Source of the DNA: Octopus vulgaris
Lineage: Eukaryota
Length of the DNA: 64,000 nt
Reading direction: 5' to 3'
Assembly (NCBI GenBank): GCA_951406725.2
Contig: OX597838.1
Coordinates: forward strand, 30,752,001 to 30,816,000
Shown here: positions 1 to 13,822 of the stretch, piece by piece
How the letters are laid out: every line of letters begins with the position of its first letter
Numbering within the stretch: position 1 is the stretch's first letter
Notes under the pieces: generated by a model
What the model was told of the DNA's origin: nothing
The model's database searches: none
What the model saw: only the letters and a program-made list of their open reading frames with translations
Made by a program: the position numbers and the translations under genes

Positions 1-104
<104 letters not shown>

Positions 105-119
105 CATTCCATAACGGCA

Positions 120-202
120 ACCTCTGATGAGTGCAGGGTTACATAATCGGACTGTTGCCTAACATTCTGTTGAACCCCTAGTGCCAAACCGATTGGTAAG
201 GT
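120..202 (+). ncRNA. Degenerate type I hammerhead-like motif in a TA-flanked unit (about 102-340)
   Basis: ACCT-CTGATGA-GTGC...GTGC-[C]AAA-CC-GATT-GG-TA-AGGT. Stem I is ACCT/AGGT, stem III ACC/GGT, triplet GUA; G12 is replaced by C. Confidence 0.6.
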
Positions 203-337
203 CAGCCGTAATGGATTTATAATACGTCGACCTTTTTTCGAGTAGTGTGCGTATTGTGAAAATGGTTAATGGACAATATGTCCAATTTTTCGGCATATTT
301 GGTATTAGAAATTTTTTTCCTTTGCTCTCATTTATGC

Positions 338-390
<53 letters not shown>

Positions 391-1584
391 ACTTCTTTAA
401 GTTTTATGCTCGAAGAAGTGCAATAATCTAACAGATTTGCATAGCAGACCGTGCATAGTCCAGCAATCGTTCAAGCGCAAAAGACATGACAACACCATTA
501 GGAAATGCGAGAAAAAAAAACACGAGAAAATGTTAAGAGAAAATAAAGAGAAGTGTTAAGAAGAAAGGAGAATAAAGGTTATGTCCTTAAAAAAAAGATG
601 AAGAATATTGAAATATTGGGTGTTTATAGCGAAAATAACTATACCTAATAAGGAAAAGATTAAAGTGCGTTAAACTGAATCGCTGACCCGATGAGAGGGA
701 CATCTTCCTGTTCGATTACAAAAACTTGTCGAAATGCCTACATATTGTAAAACCTCTGATCTCGAGTTCAGAGATTAAGGATGTATGTTCTTTCCGCTAT
801 ACCGAGTATGCAATTTTTTAATCCTTTAAGATATGGCTTAGATCTTTTAACGATGCTACACTTACTGGTGTTTGTCATATTGCTTTCATTCAATTTCTAG
901 ATACGACATACTAACTTCGTACATTCATTTTTGTCTACACGCTTGAAAGACGAGTGGAACTGGCATATCTATTTTTGAAGTCATTTTTTTAATAGATATA
1001 TGTGCCTCCATGTTTAGATCAGCTTGCTAGAAATAAAACCGAAGAGCCAATCATGTTTCAGATTATAGTTTTCGAAAAGGAAGGACACGTTAGAAAATGC
1101 ATTCTTTGACAGACAAAAGAGGCGTTTTGGTTACAGCTGCAAAATTCTGCTTGTTTGTCGACTCCTTCATAGCTAGGAATAAATCACTATATATGTTACC
1201 AGACAACAGAGAATCCTCTATGTAAGAAATCCCCAAAACTTCTTCAATAATTTACCCCCTTAGCTTCTTGCATTTCATCTTTTACTCCCCACATTCACAC
1301 CTATACACTAAAATAATCGTTACATTTAAACTCGCATGTCATCGTGAAGACGCCTCCTTTAAGATCGCGCGTTAGTACATACTGACTATACGTAAATTTT
1401 TGTTCATACATACACACGTTCATACATAGAAGCACACACACACGCACACACACACACACACGCACGCACACACACTCACGCACACACACACACACGCACA
1501 CGCACGTATGTATTTTTGTGCGAGTAAAAATATACCATGATGCAGGTGTGTTATCAATGCTTTATCGTTTTATTAGAGTTCATT

Positions 1585-1676
1585 TGACGTCTCACGTGAC
1601 CGGATGTAGTAATGCGTTACCGACATCAAACATTACGACAGCTGTACCAGGCAGAGGGAATGGCCACAAAATGGCG
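1585..1676. promoter_or_regulatory. Putative cis-regulatory motif cluster (CRE-like, E-box, ETS, YY1-like)
   Basis: TGACGT, TCACGTGAC, CCGGATG and AAAATGGCG lie within about 90 bp of non-repeat sequence. Motif matches only. Confidence 0.25.
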
Positions 1677-1706
1677 AACACAACACATGCGTATGAACGC
1701 ACACAG

Positions 1707-1747
<41 letters not shown>

Positions 1748-2057
1748 TACACATGTATATACATCCATACTTATATTTATATATATATATATATATGTCT
1801 TTGTGTGCATATGCATTTATATACATGCTTGTTTTTTATACATAGAAACATATACATATGTACGTACGTGTATATATATATATGTGTGCGTGTGTATGTG
1901 TGTGTGTGCGTGCGTGTGTGTGTGTGTATGTGTGTGCGTGTGTTCGTGTGTGTGTGCGTGTGTGTGAGAGAGTGCTATGTATATAAACTGTTGTGTGGTC
2001 TTGTAAATTAAAATACAGGTATCAGAATGTATATGTAACTTTGTGATTGTGCATCAC

Positions 2058-2131
<74 letters not shown>

Positions 2132-2195
2132 CATATATATATACATATATATATACACATATATATACATATATATATATATATGCATGTATATA

Positions 2196-2273
<78 letters not shown>

Positions 2274-2291
2274 CATACTTATATATATATG

Positions 2292-2328
<37 letters not shown>

Positions 2329-2351
2329 GTATATATATATGTATATATAAG

Positions 2352-2383
<32 letters not shown>

Positions 2384-2410
2384 CATATATATATATATAT
2401 ATATACATAC

Positions 2411-2455
<45 letters not shown>

Positions 2456-2885
2456 GAGAGGTATTTATTTATTTGTTCTTTTTCCTTGTTCTTTTTCCTT
2501 TCTGTTTCGCAACTCACAAGTGCGCATGCTCACACGCATTTCCTCGCCATCGCTCTCATTCTCTGTCGCTTTATATAAGTATGCGTCTTTCATTTTCCCT
2601 TCCAACCACTCTCATGCATACATACATACGTACGTATACACGCATACACACACACACAAACACAGACGCACGTACATACATACATACAGACAGACGTACG
2701 CGGGTACATTCATACATACATACATTCATACTTATATACGTACATACATACATACATACATACATGCATACATGCAAGCGTTATAAACATACATAATTCT
2801 ATATACATGCACATACTTATGTACACACACACACACATGTATATATATGTATATAAATATATATATATTGCGTTCTTGTCCCATT

Positions 2886-2916
<31 letters not shown>

Positions 2917-3084
2917 AGTGTGTGTATCCATGTGTGCGTGTGAGTGTATGTGTGTATGCATTTATGCATATGTATGTGTGTGTGTGTGTGAGTAGATATA
3001 GAGCTAATGAAGTATTTATGTATACGTATACAAAAACTATATATGTATTTGTGTATGTATACATATATATATTGTGTATGTATA

Positions 3085-3154
<70 letters not shown>

Positions 3155-3174
3155 ACATACATACATACATACGC

Positions 3175-3215
<41 letters not shown>

Positions 3216-3335
3216 CGCGTACATATATACATATATGTATTGCTATACATAGATATGTGTGTGTATCTGTATATATCTATATATGTATATTTTTCTTTCT
3301 CCCTCCATCTCTATTTGTGTATGCGTGCGTCTGTA

Positions 3336-3378
<43 letters not shown>

Positions 3379-3723
3379 TGTATGCGTGATGTGTGTACGT
3401 GTGTGCGTGTGTGTGTATACCGAAACACAGAGAGAGGGGAAGAGAGAAAAAAATATGGAGCGCAATGAAACAAGGATTTCGAATTTTGGCGAAGGGCCAA
3501 AGAATTTGGTGGAGTGAGTAGGGTGGTGGAATTTACCTCAACTCGGGTACATGACGAGTACTTAATTTCTCAACCCCGGAAGGATGAAAGCAAAGTTGAC
3601 CCCGGGGCTAATTGGGCTAACAAAGAAAAGGGATGTAACTATATAACGCATAGTATTTAACCCTTCACTCTAAGCTATGCTTCAATGTATACACATCTAT
3701 GCGTGCATGTGTGTGTGTGTGTG

Positions 3724-3758
<35 letters not shown>

Positions 3759-3779
3759 ATTTAGCAAGCTATTTGCCTG

Positions 3780-3837
<58 letters not shown>

Positions 3838-5224
3838 GTCTGTCTGTCTGTCTGTCTCTCAATCTGCCTGTCTGTCTACCTGTCCACTATCTTTTTATAA
3901 GATGGTGGACACATACACACACACACACTCACACGAATATGCATGTACGTGTCTGTGAAGTAGACTCGCAGGAAATTCACAAGGCGCTTTCTAAATCGTC
4001 TTGGGTGTCCAGGTAGATAAAAAGTTAGATGGGGAGGCGCCTGGAGAGTGGCTGGTGTCACTAGAAAAATAGCCTAAGAGGAACCTATTCACGAATGGTC
4101 AGGTATTTGTAGAAATGTCCCGACGGTCCCAAGTTCGCTATAAAATATTGCATAAAAAGAAAAGTAGACTTTGCCACCCTGTATATAGAAAATGTTTGCC
4201 CAGATATTCGTCAGAGCTTTCCTTAACTGGTCCATCTAGGTCACAGAGGAAGTCACTTCATCCATTGTTGCACAAAACTACAGTAGATTACTTTTCTCCT
4301 TGTTCAACCTGTGTAAATTTTCAGACAAGAATATGTAGTCTCTACAAATGTTATTTTCCCACAGCCCTGTCTGGGTACGGCATTCTATCCAGACTTTTAA
4401 AAAAACCCTCGACGTTGGCAAAAATTATGGCAAAATCTGTTACCTACACGTGTACATCATTTCCCGTTCTACAGCGTACGTGTTCGTTTCACTATTATTG
4501 TAATTGTTGCTGCTGTGATAGTTCTACTGGTACTGCTGTCGTTACTGTAATTGCTGTTGTTGTTGTTATTGTAGCAGCCGCAGTTGTCTTCGAACAACTT
4601 CTATACTTCCTCCACCCAACGACTGGTGCGCATTTATATTTTTTTCAATATTTTCTCCGTTTGACAAAAGTATGTACGAGTTGTTGTTGCGATAACTCTT
4701 GTTTATGTCGTAAAAATGTGCGTTTTGGGAAATTAAATTTTTGGTTGTTTATGCTTTCGAATGTATCTGTTTCATTATCATTTTTTTTCTGTTTATTATT
4801 GTTTTTGAAATTGTCTTTCTTGTGTTCTTTCTTTCTTCTAATCCTCTTCGTGTTGCCTAAGCTTATTTCTTACATTTTGTTTTAAAGGAGCGTCTCCATA
4901 GCTACCCCTTCTCTCTTCTTAACATCTCTCACCACTCCTCTCATAGACTAAGAAATTTTGGATGTTGTAAACAAGAAAGTAAAATGAATTCTTGTCTCGA
5001 AGACAGAACTTTGGTCTATCCTAAGTATTGGCACAGACGTCCCAACGGTCTCTAGTCCGTAAAATACTGCAATAAATAAATAAATAAAAATAGAAAATAA
5101 AAACCCAGAAATACTTCCTTCCTCTAAAATCTTGGTAATAATCCAAAATCTATCTACACCGCCGTGAAAGACATTTGCAGACAACGAGACGACGGCGACG
5201 ACGATGGCGACGACGGCGGCGACC

Positions 5225-5456
5225 AGGATAATAACCATTCCTATTATAGTCACAAGGCCTGAAATTTTTTTGGGGAAGGGATTAAGTCGATTCCATTGAC
5301 CCCAGTGCTCGACTAGTGTTTATTTCATCGACCACGAAAGGATGAAAGAGATAAAATCGACCTCGGTAGAATTTGAACTCAGAACGCAAAGACGGACGAA
5401 ATGCTGCCGAAGGATTTCGTCCGGCGGGCTAACGTTTCTGCCATCTCGCCGCCTTC
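5225..5456 (-). mobile_element. SINE family B (tRNA-derived, Meta-domain-like core), diverged copy
   Basis: Matches the family consensus GGCGAGCTGGCAGAA...GAGTTCAAATTCCGCCGAGGTCGAC...CATCCTTTCGGGGTCGATAAA seen in more than 12 copies here. Confidence 0.8.
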
Positions 5457-5474
5457 AAAAAGTCACAAGGGATG

Positions 5475-5549
5475 CGCGTCGGCCGGGAATCGAACTCGGA
5501 TCGACTGTCTAAAAGGCAACAACCATGCTAACCGTTACACCGCCGACGA
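5475..5549 (-). pseudogene. tRNA-Gly(TCC)-derived pseudogene
   Basis: Minus strand reads CGTCGGCGGTGTAACGGTTAGCATGG...GATCCGAGTTCGATTCCCGGCCGACGC, resembling metazoan tRNA-Gly(TCC); the anticodon arm is disrupted. Confidence 0.65.
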
Positions 5550-5599
5550 CGACGACAAACAGCGACAACAACATTAATAAAAAAAATAATAAGTGATGG

Positions 5600-5778
5600 C
5601 CGTGGCTGTGTGGTAAGTAGCTTGTTTACCAACCACATGGTTCCGGGTCCAGTCCCACTGCGTGGCACCTTGGGCAGGTGTCTTCTACTATAGCCTCGGG
5701 CCGACCAAAGCCTTGTGAGTGAATTTGGTAGACGGAAACTGAAAGAAGCCTGTCGTATATATGTATATATATATATAA

Positions 5779-5863
<85 letters not shown>

Positions 5864-6080
5864 TGTGTTTGTGTGTTTGTCCCCCTAGCATTGCTTGACA
5901 ACCGATGCTGGTATATTTATGTCCCCGTTACTTAGCGGTTCGGCAAAAGAGACCGATAGAATAAGTACTGGGCTTACAAAGAATAAGTCCCGGGGTCGAG
6001 TTGCTCGATTAAAGGCGGTGCTCCAGCATGGCCGCAGTCAAATGACTGAAACAAGTAAAAGAGTAAAAGAGTAAAAAGAG
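5600..6080 (+). mobile_element. SINE family A, near full length
   Basis: tRNA-like head (TGGCTGTGTGG, CCGGGT(T/C)CAGTCCC), CACCTTGGGCA core, internal TA/TG microsatellite, 3' tail CCAGCATGGCCGCAGTCAAATGACTGAAACAAG(TAAAAGAG)n; about 15 copies in the window. Confidence 0.9.
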
Positions 6081-6081
6081 A

Positions 6082-6185
6082 GTTGTGATCGGTGCATTAG
6101 GGTCAATGCCATTGAAACTTCAAGACTTCTTAAAACGATGAAAGAGTCACGAAATCGGTCTTGTTATGTGCTGGACACCTTTTAA
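6082..6185 (+). mobile_element. Possible R4/Dong-like LINE C-terminal remnant
   Basis: Translates VVIGALGSMPLKLQDFLK, resembling the V-V-I-G-A-L-G motif found after the RLE domain of R4/Dong elements. Very short. Confidence 0.4.
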
Positions 6186-6194
6186 GGAAAGTAT

Positions 6195-6415
6195 TTATTT
6201 CTTTATTGCCCACAGCGGGCTAAACATAGAGAGGACAAACAAGGAATCAAGTCGATTACATCGACTCCAGTGCGTAACTGGTACTTAATTTATCGACCCC
6301 CGAAAGGATGAAAGCCAAAGTCGGCCTCGGCGGAATTTGAGCTCAGAACGTAGAGGCAGGCAAAATACCTATTTCTCTCGCCCACTAAGCTAACAATTCT
6401 GCCAGTTCGCCGCCC
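6195..6415 (-). mobile_element. SINE family B
   Basis: Match to family B consensus. Confidence 0.85.
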
Positions 6416-6559
6416 TTATTTTAAGGAAGGTAAGTTAAGTCGATTATATCGACAGTGCATAACTGGTACTTATTTATACTCCGGCAATTTCCCATCAACA
6501 CTGCATGAGAAAGTAACAATCCTTTCCCCTGGAAAACAAGACAAACAACATAAAGAACG

Positions 6560-6624
6560 ACCCTTCATCAGTTGTTGGCTATTTTTTCTACTCTCGTATT
6601 TCGAGCATTTAACAACAATGTACG
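6560..6624 (-). ncRNA. Non-circularly permuted hammerhead-like motif, subfamily beta (U16.1C)
   Basis: Minus strand: CGTA-C-A|TTGTTG-ttaaat-GCTC-GAAA-TACG-linker-CAACAA-CTGATGA-A-GGGT. Confidence 0.55.
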
Positions 6625-6865
6625 CTTTCAATAAAACAGTTACTCCCCTACCCGCCACCATCGCATGACAACCGATGTTGGTGTGCTTACGTCCCCGTAA
6701 CTTAGCGGTTCGGCAAAAGACACGGATAGAATAAGTACTAGGCTTACAAAGAATATGCCCTGGGACCGATTTGTTCGCCTAAAGGCGGTGCTCCAGCATG
6801 GCCACAGTCAAAATGACTGAAACCAATGAAAGAATAAAAGAATAATTCCTAACAATATTTAATTA

Positions 6866-6948
<83 letters not shown>

Positions 6949-6958
6949 CTGATGCAGT

Positions 6959-7023
6959 ACCCTTCATCAGTTGTTGGCTATTTTTTCTACTCTCGTATTT
7001 CGAGCATTTAACAACAATGTACG
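6959..7023 (-). ncRNA. Duplicate of the beta permuted hammerhead-like motif
   Basis: Same sequence as 6560-6624. Confidence 0.55.
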
Positions 7024-7267
7024 CTTTCAATAAAACAGTTGCTCCCCTACTCGCCACCATCGCATGACAACTGATGTTGGTGTGCTTACGTCCCCGTAAC
7101 TTAGCGGTTCGGTAAAAGACACGAATAAAATAAGTACTAGGCTTACAAAGAATAAGCCCTGGCGTCGATTTGTTCGACTAAAGGCGGTGCTCCAGCATGA
7201 CCACAGTCAAAATGACTGAAACCAATGAAAGAATAAAAGAATAATTCCTTACAATATTTAATTATGA

Positions 7268-8070
<803 letters not shown>

Positions 8071-8156
8071 TCAACAACAATATTGAAATAAGAATTTAAA
8101 TATTTAGGAAACCGAAGATTTAAATCATTCGATTTCGATTATTGCATTATATTCCG

Positions 8157-8187
<31 letters not shown>

Positions 8188-8245
8188 TGAATGTATGTAT
8201 GTATGTATGTATGTATGTATTTATGCATGTATGTATGTATGTATG

Positions 8246-8309
<64 letters not shown>

Positions 8310-8460
8310 ATATATATGTATATGTATATATGTATATACGTATGTATGTATATAATGCATATATTCATAAATGTTTGGAAACTCTTAAACTGTCCGTATA
8401 TAATAGACTGTATAGAGTATTGTATATATATAAATGCATATGTATGTATAAATACATACA

Positions 8461-8500
<40 letters not shown>

Positions 8501-8699
8501 TATATATATATATGTATATATATATGCTTATATATAACTGTATATATAAATGCGTGTGTACATATATGTATATATCTATATCTACCAATCTATATATATA
8601 TATATATATACATACATATATATATATACATACATATATATATATACATACACATATAAGCATGTATATACATATATATGTGTGTGTGTATATATATAG

Positions 8700-8797
<98 letters not shown>

Positions 8798-9327
8798 AAT
8801 ATAGATGTATTGAGAAAATGATATTATCTCTGGCTTATTGGTTTCATTTCGAAAACAACAAATTGAGAAACATATCCCGACCTGACTATATTTGTGTGTG
8901 TCCGTGTGTGTGTGCTTGTGCTTCAATGGCTGTGTTTATGTCAGCGTATGTGTACTGCATGTTTTATGAGTACTTGTATGTACGAGCAAGTGTGTGTGTT
9001 TGTGTGTGTGTGTATGTGTGTTCTGCTTGTCTTCTGAATGTTCGCGCGTTTTTGTTATCATGCCATTTACTAGAACCAACCAACAAACAAACCAACAAAT
9101 AAAACAAGCAATCAAAACTCACGTAAACAGAGAAATAAACAAAGGAATTCACCAATCAGCGATAAAAAGAAAATATTCAGACCAAACAATACATTGTTTA
9201 GACAAAAATAATTACAGAAACTAAAGAAGAAAAAACAAAAAAAAGTAAAGAACAAAAAATTGTGTAACTCTGTTTATCTCTCCACCCGTTTCTTGCATTC
9301 GTGTGTATATATGCATATACATACATA

Positions 9328-9412
<85 letters not shown>

Positions 9413-9431
9413 ACATACACATATATGTATA

Positions 9432-9467
<36 letters not shown>

Positions 9468-9501
9468 TGTATGTATATATATATGCATACATATGTATAT
9501 A

Positions 9502-9534
<33 letters not shown>

Positions 9535-9871
9535 TCTTTTATATATTCTTTTATATATTCTCTAGCATGGTCCCAGTCAAATAACTGGAACCATGCTAGA
9601 GTACCGCCTTTAGTCTAATAAATGGACCCTGGGACTTATTCCATCGGTCTCTTTTGACTAACCGCTAAGTTACGAGGATATAAAACATCAACATCGGTTG
9701 TCAAGCGACGGTGACGGGACAAACAGACACACAATCATATACATACATACATACATACATACATACATACATACAGATAAGCCTGAATGCATACACACAC
9801 GAACTGAACGAGAACAGTCAACTACAAAAATTCACTCAGTAATCCATAGATACATGTGTGTGTATGTGTGT

Positions 9872-9914
<43 letters not shown>

Positions 9915-9933
9915 GAGATAGATATAGAATGAA

Positions 9934-9965
<32 letters not shown>

Positions 9966-11329
9966 GGAGGGAGGGAGAGAGAGAGAGCGAAAGAGATGTC
10001 AATGGAGGACAACAAAATCGATGGCGATGCTGATGGTCAGCCTTGTCTGTGGAAACGGCAAACAATCGTGGAATGTTTCTTTTGGTTTGTTACGTAAACC
10101 ACGTGACTAAGACGAAATGTAAAGACGGCAACAACAACAACACTATCACGAAAAGCAGGAACTGGACAGAGAGTGAGTTGTGGGGAGGGGGTGTGGAGGA
10201 GAAAGAGGGGAATGGTAAATAATGCAGAAGAAATGCAAGAAAGAAGGGAAGAAAGGGAAGAAAGATGCAGGGAGTAGCCATCTGCGTCAGAAGTGACTTC
10301 CTGTTGACCGCATCGGCTGCTACTTCCGTTCCCGTCTGACGTTTGACTTTGTCAAATTCTTCATTCCTCATCCTTCATATTGTCATCACATGGGTTTTTA
10401 TGTTGTCTGAAGATGGGTCCATTCATATCTTCACCAGCCACACCTTTACCATTCCCTCCTTCTTTACCTCTCTTTCTGTCTCCTTGCCTCTGTCTGTCTC
10501 TCTGCCTGTCTCTTTATCTCTCTCTCTCTCTCCATACTTCTCTCTCTCTCTCTCTCCATACGTCTCTCTCTCTCTCTCCATACTTCTCTCTCTCTCTCTC
10601 TCTCTCTCTGTTTCTGGTTTTCTTGTGACGTCTGTCTTTCTGCTATTCTCTCTAAAATTCTCTCCTCTACCTTTTCTCTCTCTGTCTTTCTCCCTCTCTC
10701 TCTCCCTTTCTCTCTTTCTCCTCCCTCTTCTCGCTCACTCCCTTTGAATTCTTTGTTTTGTTTTCGTTTTTGCCGCCTTTCTGCAACTCTATTTCCAAGT
10801 CTCTCTTTTCTCTTCTCTCTCTTTCTCCCCCCTCTCTCACTCTTCCTCCTCCTCTTTTTCTTTGCCCTTTCTCCTTTTCTCTTTCTCTCTCTATTTCTAA
10901 TACACACTCTGCTACACTCCTTTCCTTAATCCGTGTCTTTCTATTCTTAGCGTTCACATTTTCCCGCTTTCTTATTCTTAGGAAGAGTTGTCATCGCCTC
11001 TTTTGTGTCTCTCGCAAATTCTCGAAGTTAATCGTTTCCTCCATTTATACCAGATAGAGAGGCGGAACAGTTCTCCCTCCTCCCGCCACTCCATTCCCTC
11101 TCTCTCTCTCTCTTTCTCTCTGTGTCTCTCTCTCTGCCTGTCTGTCTGTCTCTCTTCAGCTGTCACATCCTGGAAGTGCATTTCGCCGGGTTAACAGTGG
11201 GAGAGCCAAGACATGTCTACGTCCGCTCCTAGTTCGATGGCCACCTAAAAAAAACCAACGAAAACATAGTACATGTTAGTAAGTCACCACTTCGCTTGCT
11301 TCTTCAGGCTGTGTTTGCAAAACAACCGG

Positions 11330-11690
11330 TCCTCCGTCGGTTATGACGACGAGTGTTCTAGTTGATCCAATCAACGGGACAGCCCGCTCATATAATTAAT
11401 GAGTAAGAAACGGTGGTGACCCAGCATGGCCGCAGCCTTCGGGCTGGAACATTTTAAAGGATTTAAGTAGTTGAGTACTCCGAAGACACGCGCAACCCTT
11501 AACATAATTCTTAGGGGTATTCAGAGTGGCATAAATGGGGTGATAAAGCTAGTCCCTTTGAATTACAGGTCTAGTTTTTGTCAGTTGAATGGACTGGAGC
11601 AACGTGAAATAAAGTGTCTTGCTCAAGGACACGTGTCAGCGGGTATCGAACTCACGAGCTTATTAACTACTTAGCCGCGCGCCATCACAT
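11330..11690 (-). mobile_element. SINE family C, diverged and interrupted by an isolated SINE tail at about 11411-11468
   Basis: Similar to 24545-24830 (CTCCGTCGGTT...GTTGATCC.ATCAAC...). Confidence 0.7.
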
Positions 11691-11811
11691 GTTTCGAACA
11701 CACACACACAAGATGGTCTGAAGCTATATTAGAAGACAACTTGCCAAGGATACCATGCAGTGGGACTGAACCCGGAACCATATGGTTGGGAAGTAAGCTA
11801 CTTACCATATG

Positions 11812-12001
<190 letters not shown>

Positions 12002-12042
12002 ACCATACGTATATACATAAATCTTAGGAGGAATTTGTCACC

Positions 12043-12117
12043 GGGCAGTTTAGCTCAAGGGTAAAGCACTCGGCCGGAGTCTCCGAGGAATATGGGTTCG
12101 AGTCCTATGGCTGTTTG
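12043..12117 (+). pseudogene. tRNA-like sequence (pseudogene or SINE head)
   Basis: Box A TAGCTCAAGGG, box B GGTTCGAGTCC, anticodon stem CTCGG/CCGAG with an abnormal 9-nt loop, G-T-rich acceptor stem, T-run downstream. Confidence 0.6.
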
Positions 12118-12338
12118 TTGACAGATTTTTTTCTGCTTTGTAAGGGTGATTTACCTAGTATTTCTGCTGTCCTGATGGCAATTCTGCGTTCGAAAAATAT
12201 CAACTTCTTATTTGTATTGTACAATATATGTATCTTTCTCTCTCTATATATATATATTAAGGGTTGAACACAACAAAAACACTAGACTCTTTCTGTTAAA
12301 CCTTTGATATATCTATCTTGCGCAGCGCACTCCTTGTT

Positions 12339-12373
<35 letters not shown>

Positions 12374-12501
12374 ATGTATGTATGTATATATATATATATA
12401 TATTGATAAAACGGTAAGATAACAAAAGAAAGAAAGAGACCTCGATATTATGTAAATAGAGGAAATTTATCTATACAATATGTTACATTACTCGGTAGTC
12501 A

Positions 12502-12564
12502 AGATAAAACTCTGAGTTTCAGATGCCGAAGTGGAAATCCACAACACCATCTCTTCGGTTATCT
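12502..12564 (-). ncRNA. Type I hammerhead-like motif, U4C core variant
   Basis: AGATAA-CCGAAGA-GATG...CATC-T-GAAAC-TCAGA-GT-T-TTATCT, with a perfect 6-bp stem I. Confidence 0.65.
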
Positions 12565-12604
12565 GGCTATTTGAAAACTATATATTTGAAAACATATATA
12601 TATA

Positions 12605-13036
12605 TGCGCAAGCATGGCTGTGTGGTAAGAAGCTTGCTTCCCAACCACATGATTCCGGTTTCAGTCCCACTGTGTGACACCTTGGACAAGTATCTTCTAC
12701 CAGCCTCGGCCTGACCAAAGCTTTGTGAGTGGATTAATAAAGGGAAATTGAAAGAAGCCCGTCGTATATATATATATATATACGTAGAGTAGATGAAACC
12801 ATGGCGACTGAAGAAGGGTTTTTTTTCCTTGTGTTATTTGTCCTGTACTCTATTTTTTTGTTGTTTAAGGAAAATGTCCAGTTCCTTGGGTTTGTGTCTA
12901 TGTTTTCGTTTCTCATTGTGTTCGACGTTTTTTTTTTTTGGTGTCCTGTACTCATATATGCGTGTATATATACATGTAGAGGTAGGTACGTACATATATG
13001 TATATATATATGCATATGTTTTATTTATTAATATAT

Positions 13037-13074
<38 letters not shown>

Positions 13075-13280
13075 CACGAGTCTGTGTTTGTCACCCCACT
13101 ATCGCTTGACAACCGATGTTGATATGTTTACGTCCCACTGTCTTAGCGGTTCGGCAAAAGAGCCGATAGAATAAGTGCTAGGCTTACAAAGAATAAGTCC
13201 TGGTGTCGAGTTGTTCAACTAAAGGCGGTGCTCCAGCATGGCCGCTGTTAAATGACTGAAACAAATAAAAGAATAAAATA
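12605..13280 (+). mobile_element. SINE family A with a 5'-truncated alpha unit (about 12782-13040) inserted in its central TA tract
   Basis: SINE halves at about 12605-12765 and 13080-13280; the insert matches the reverse complement of about 16695-16940. Confidence 0.85.
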
Positions 13281-13411
13281 ATATATATATATATATACAC
13301 ACACACATACACACTTATATAAATGTATATTTATACACACACACACACACACACACACGTATATACACGCAAGCACCCAAGTGTATGTATGTATGCATGA
13401 CGGAACGGACA

Positions 13412-13449
<38 letters not shown>

Positions 13450-13450
<1 letters not shown>

Positions 13451-13822
13451 TAGCAGTATCGCCCGGCGTTGCTCAGGTTTGTAAGGGAAATAACTATAAA
13501 GCATTTTTAGAGAGTTATAGCCAAAAAAATGGAAAAAAATGATGGTAAATTTTTTTGATAGTTAAAAAAGGTGGAGTTGCGTCCCCTACACAGTTTGTGG
13601 TTTGTGTTCCTGATTCTCGACCCCATGTCGAATTTATCGATTTTTTTCAGAACTGGGGGAACTTTTCGAAATTTTCGCTGCGTTAGTTTTGAATTATGAC
13701 ATTGGGCTATGTGTGTGTCAAGTTTCATCAGAATCGGTTGAAAGCCGTGGTCAGGGTGAGGGTACAAGCAAACAGACACACAGAAACACGCACAGACAAA
13801 CTGCCGTTTATATATAGAGAGA
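13450..13822 (-). mobile_element. Non-autonomous Helitron
   Basis: Minus strand begins TC after an A and ends with a GC-rich subterminal hairpin and CTAG before a T; near-identical to 39523-39907. Confidence 0.85.

Noticed and set aside
4115-4885. 256-aa plus-strand ORF
   Set aside because: No recognisable domain or splice context; the T-rich low-complexity second half explains the lack of stops.
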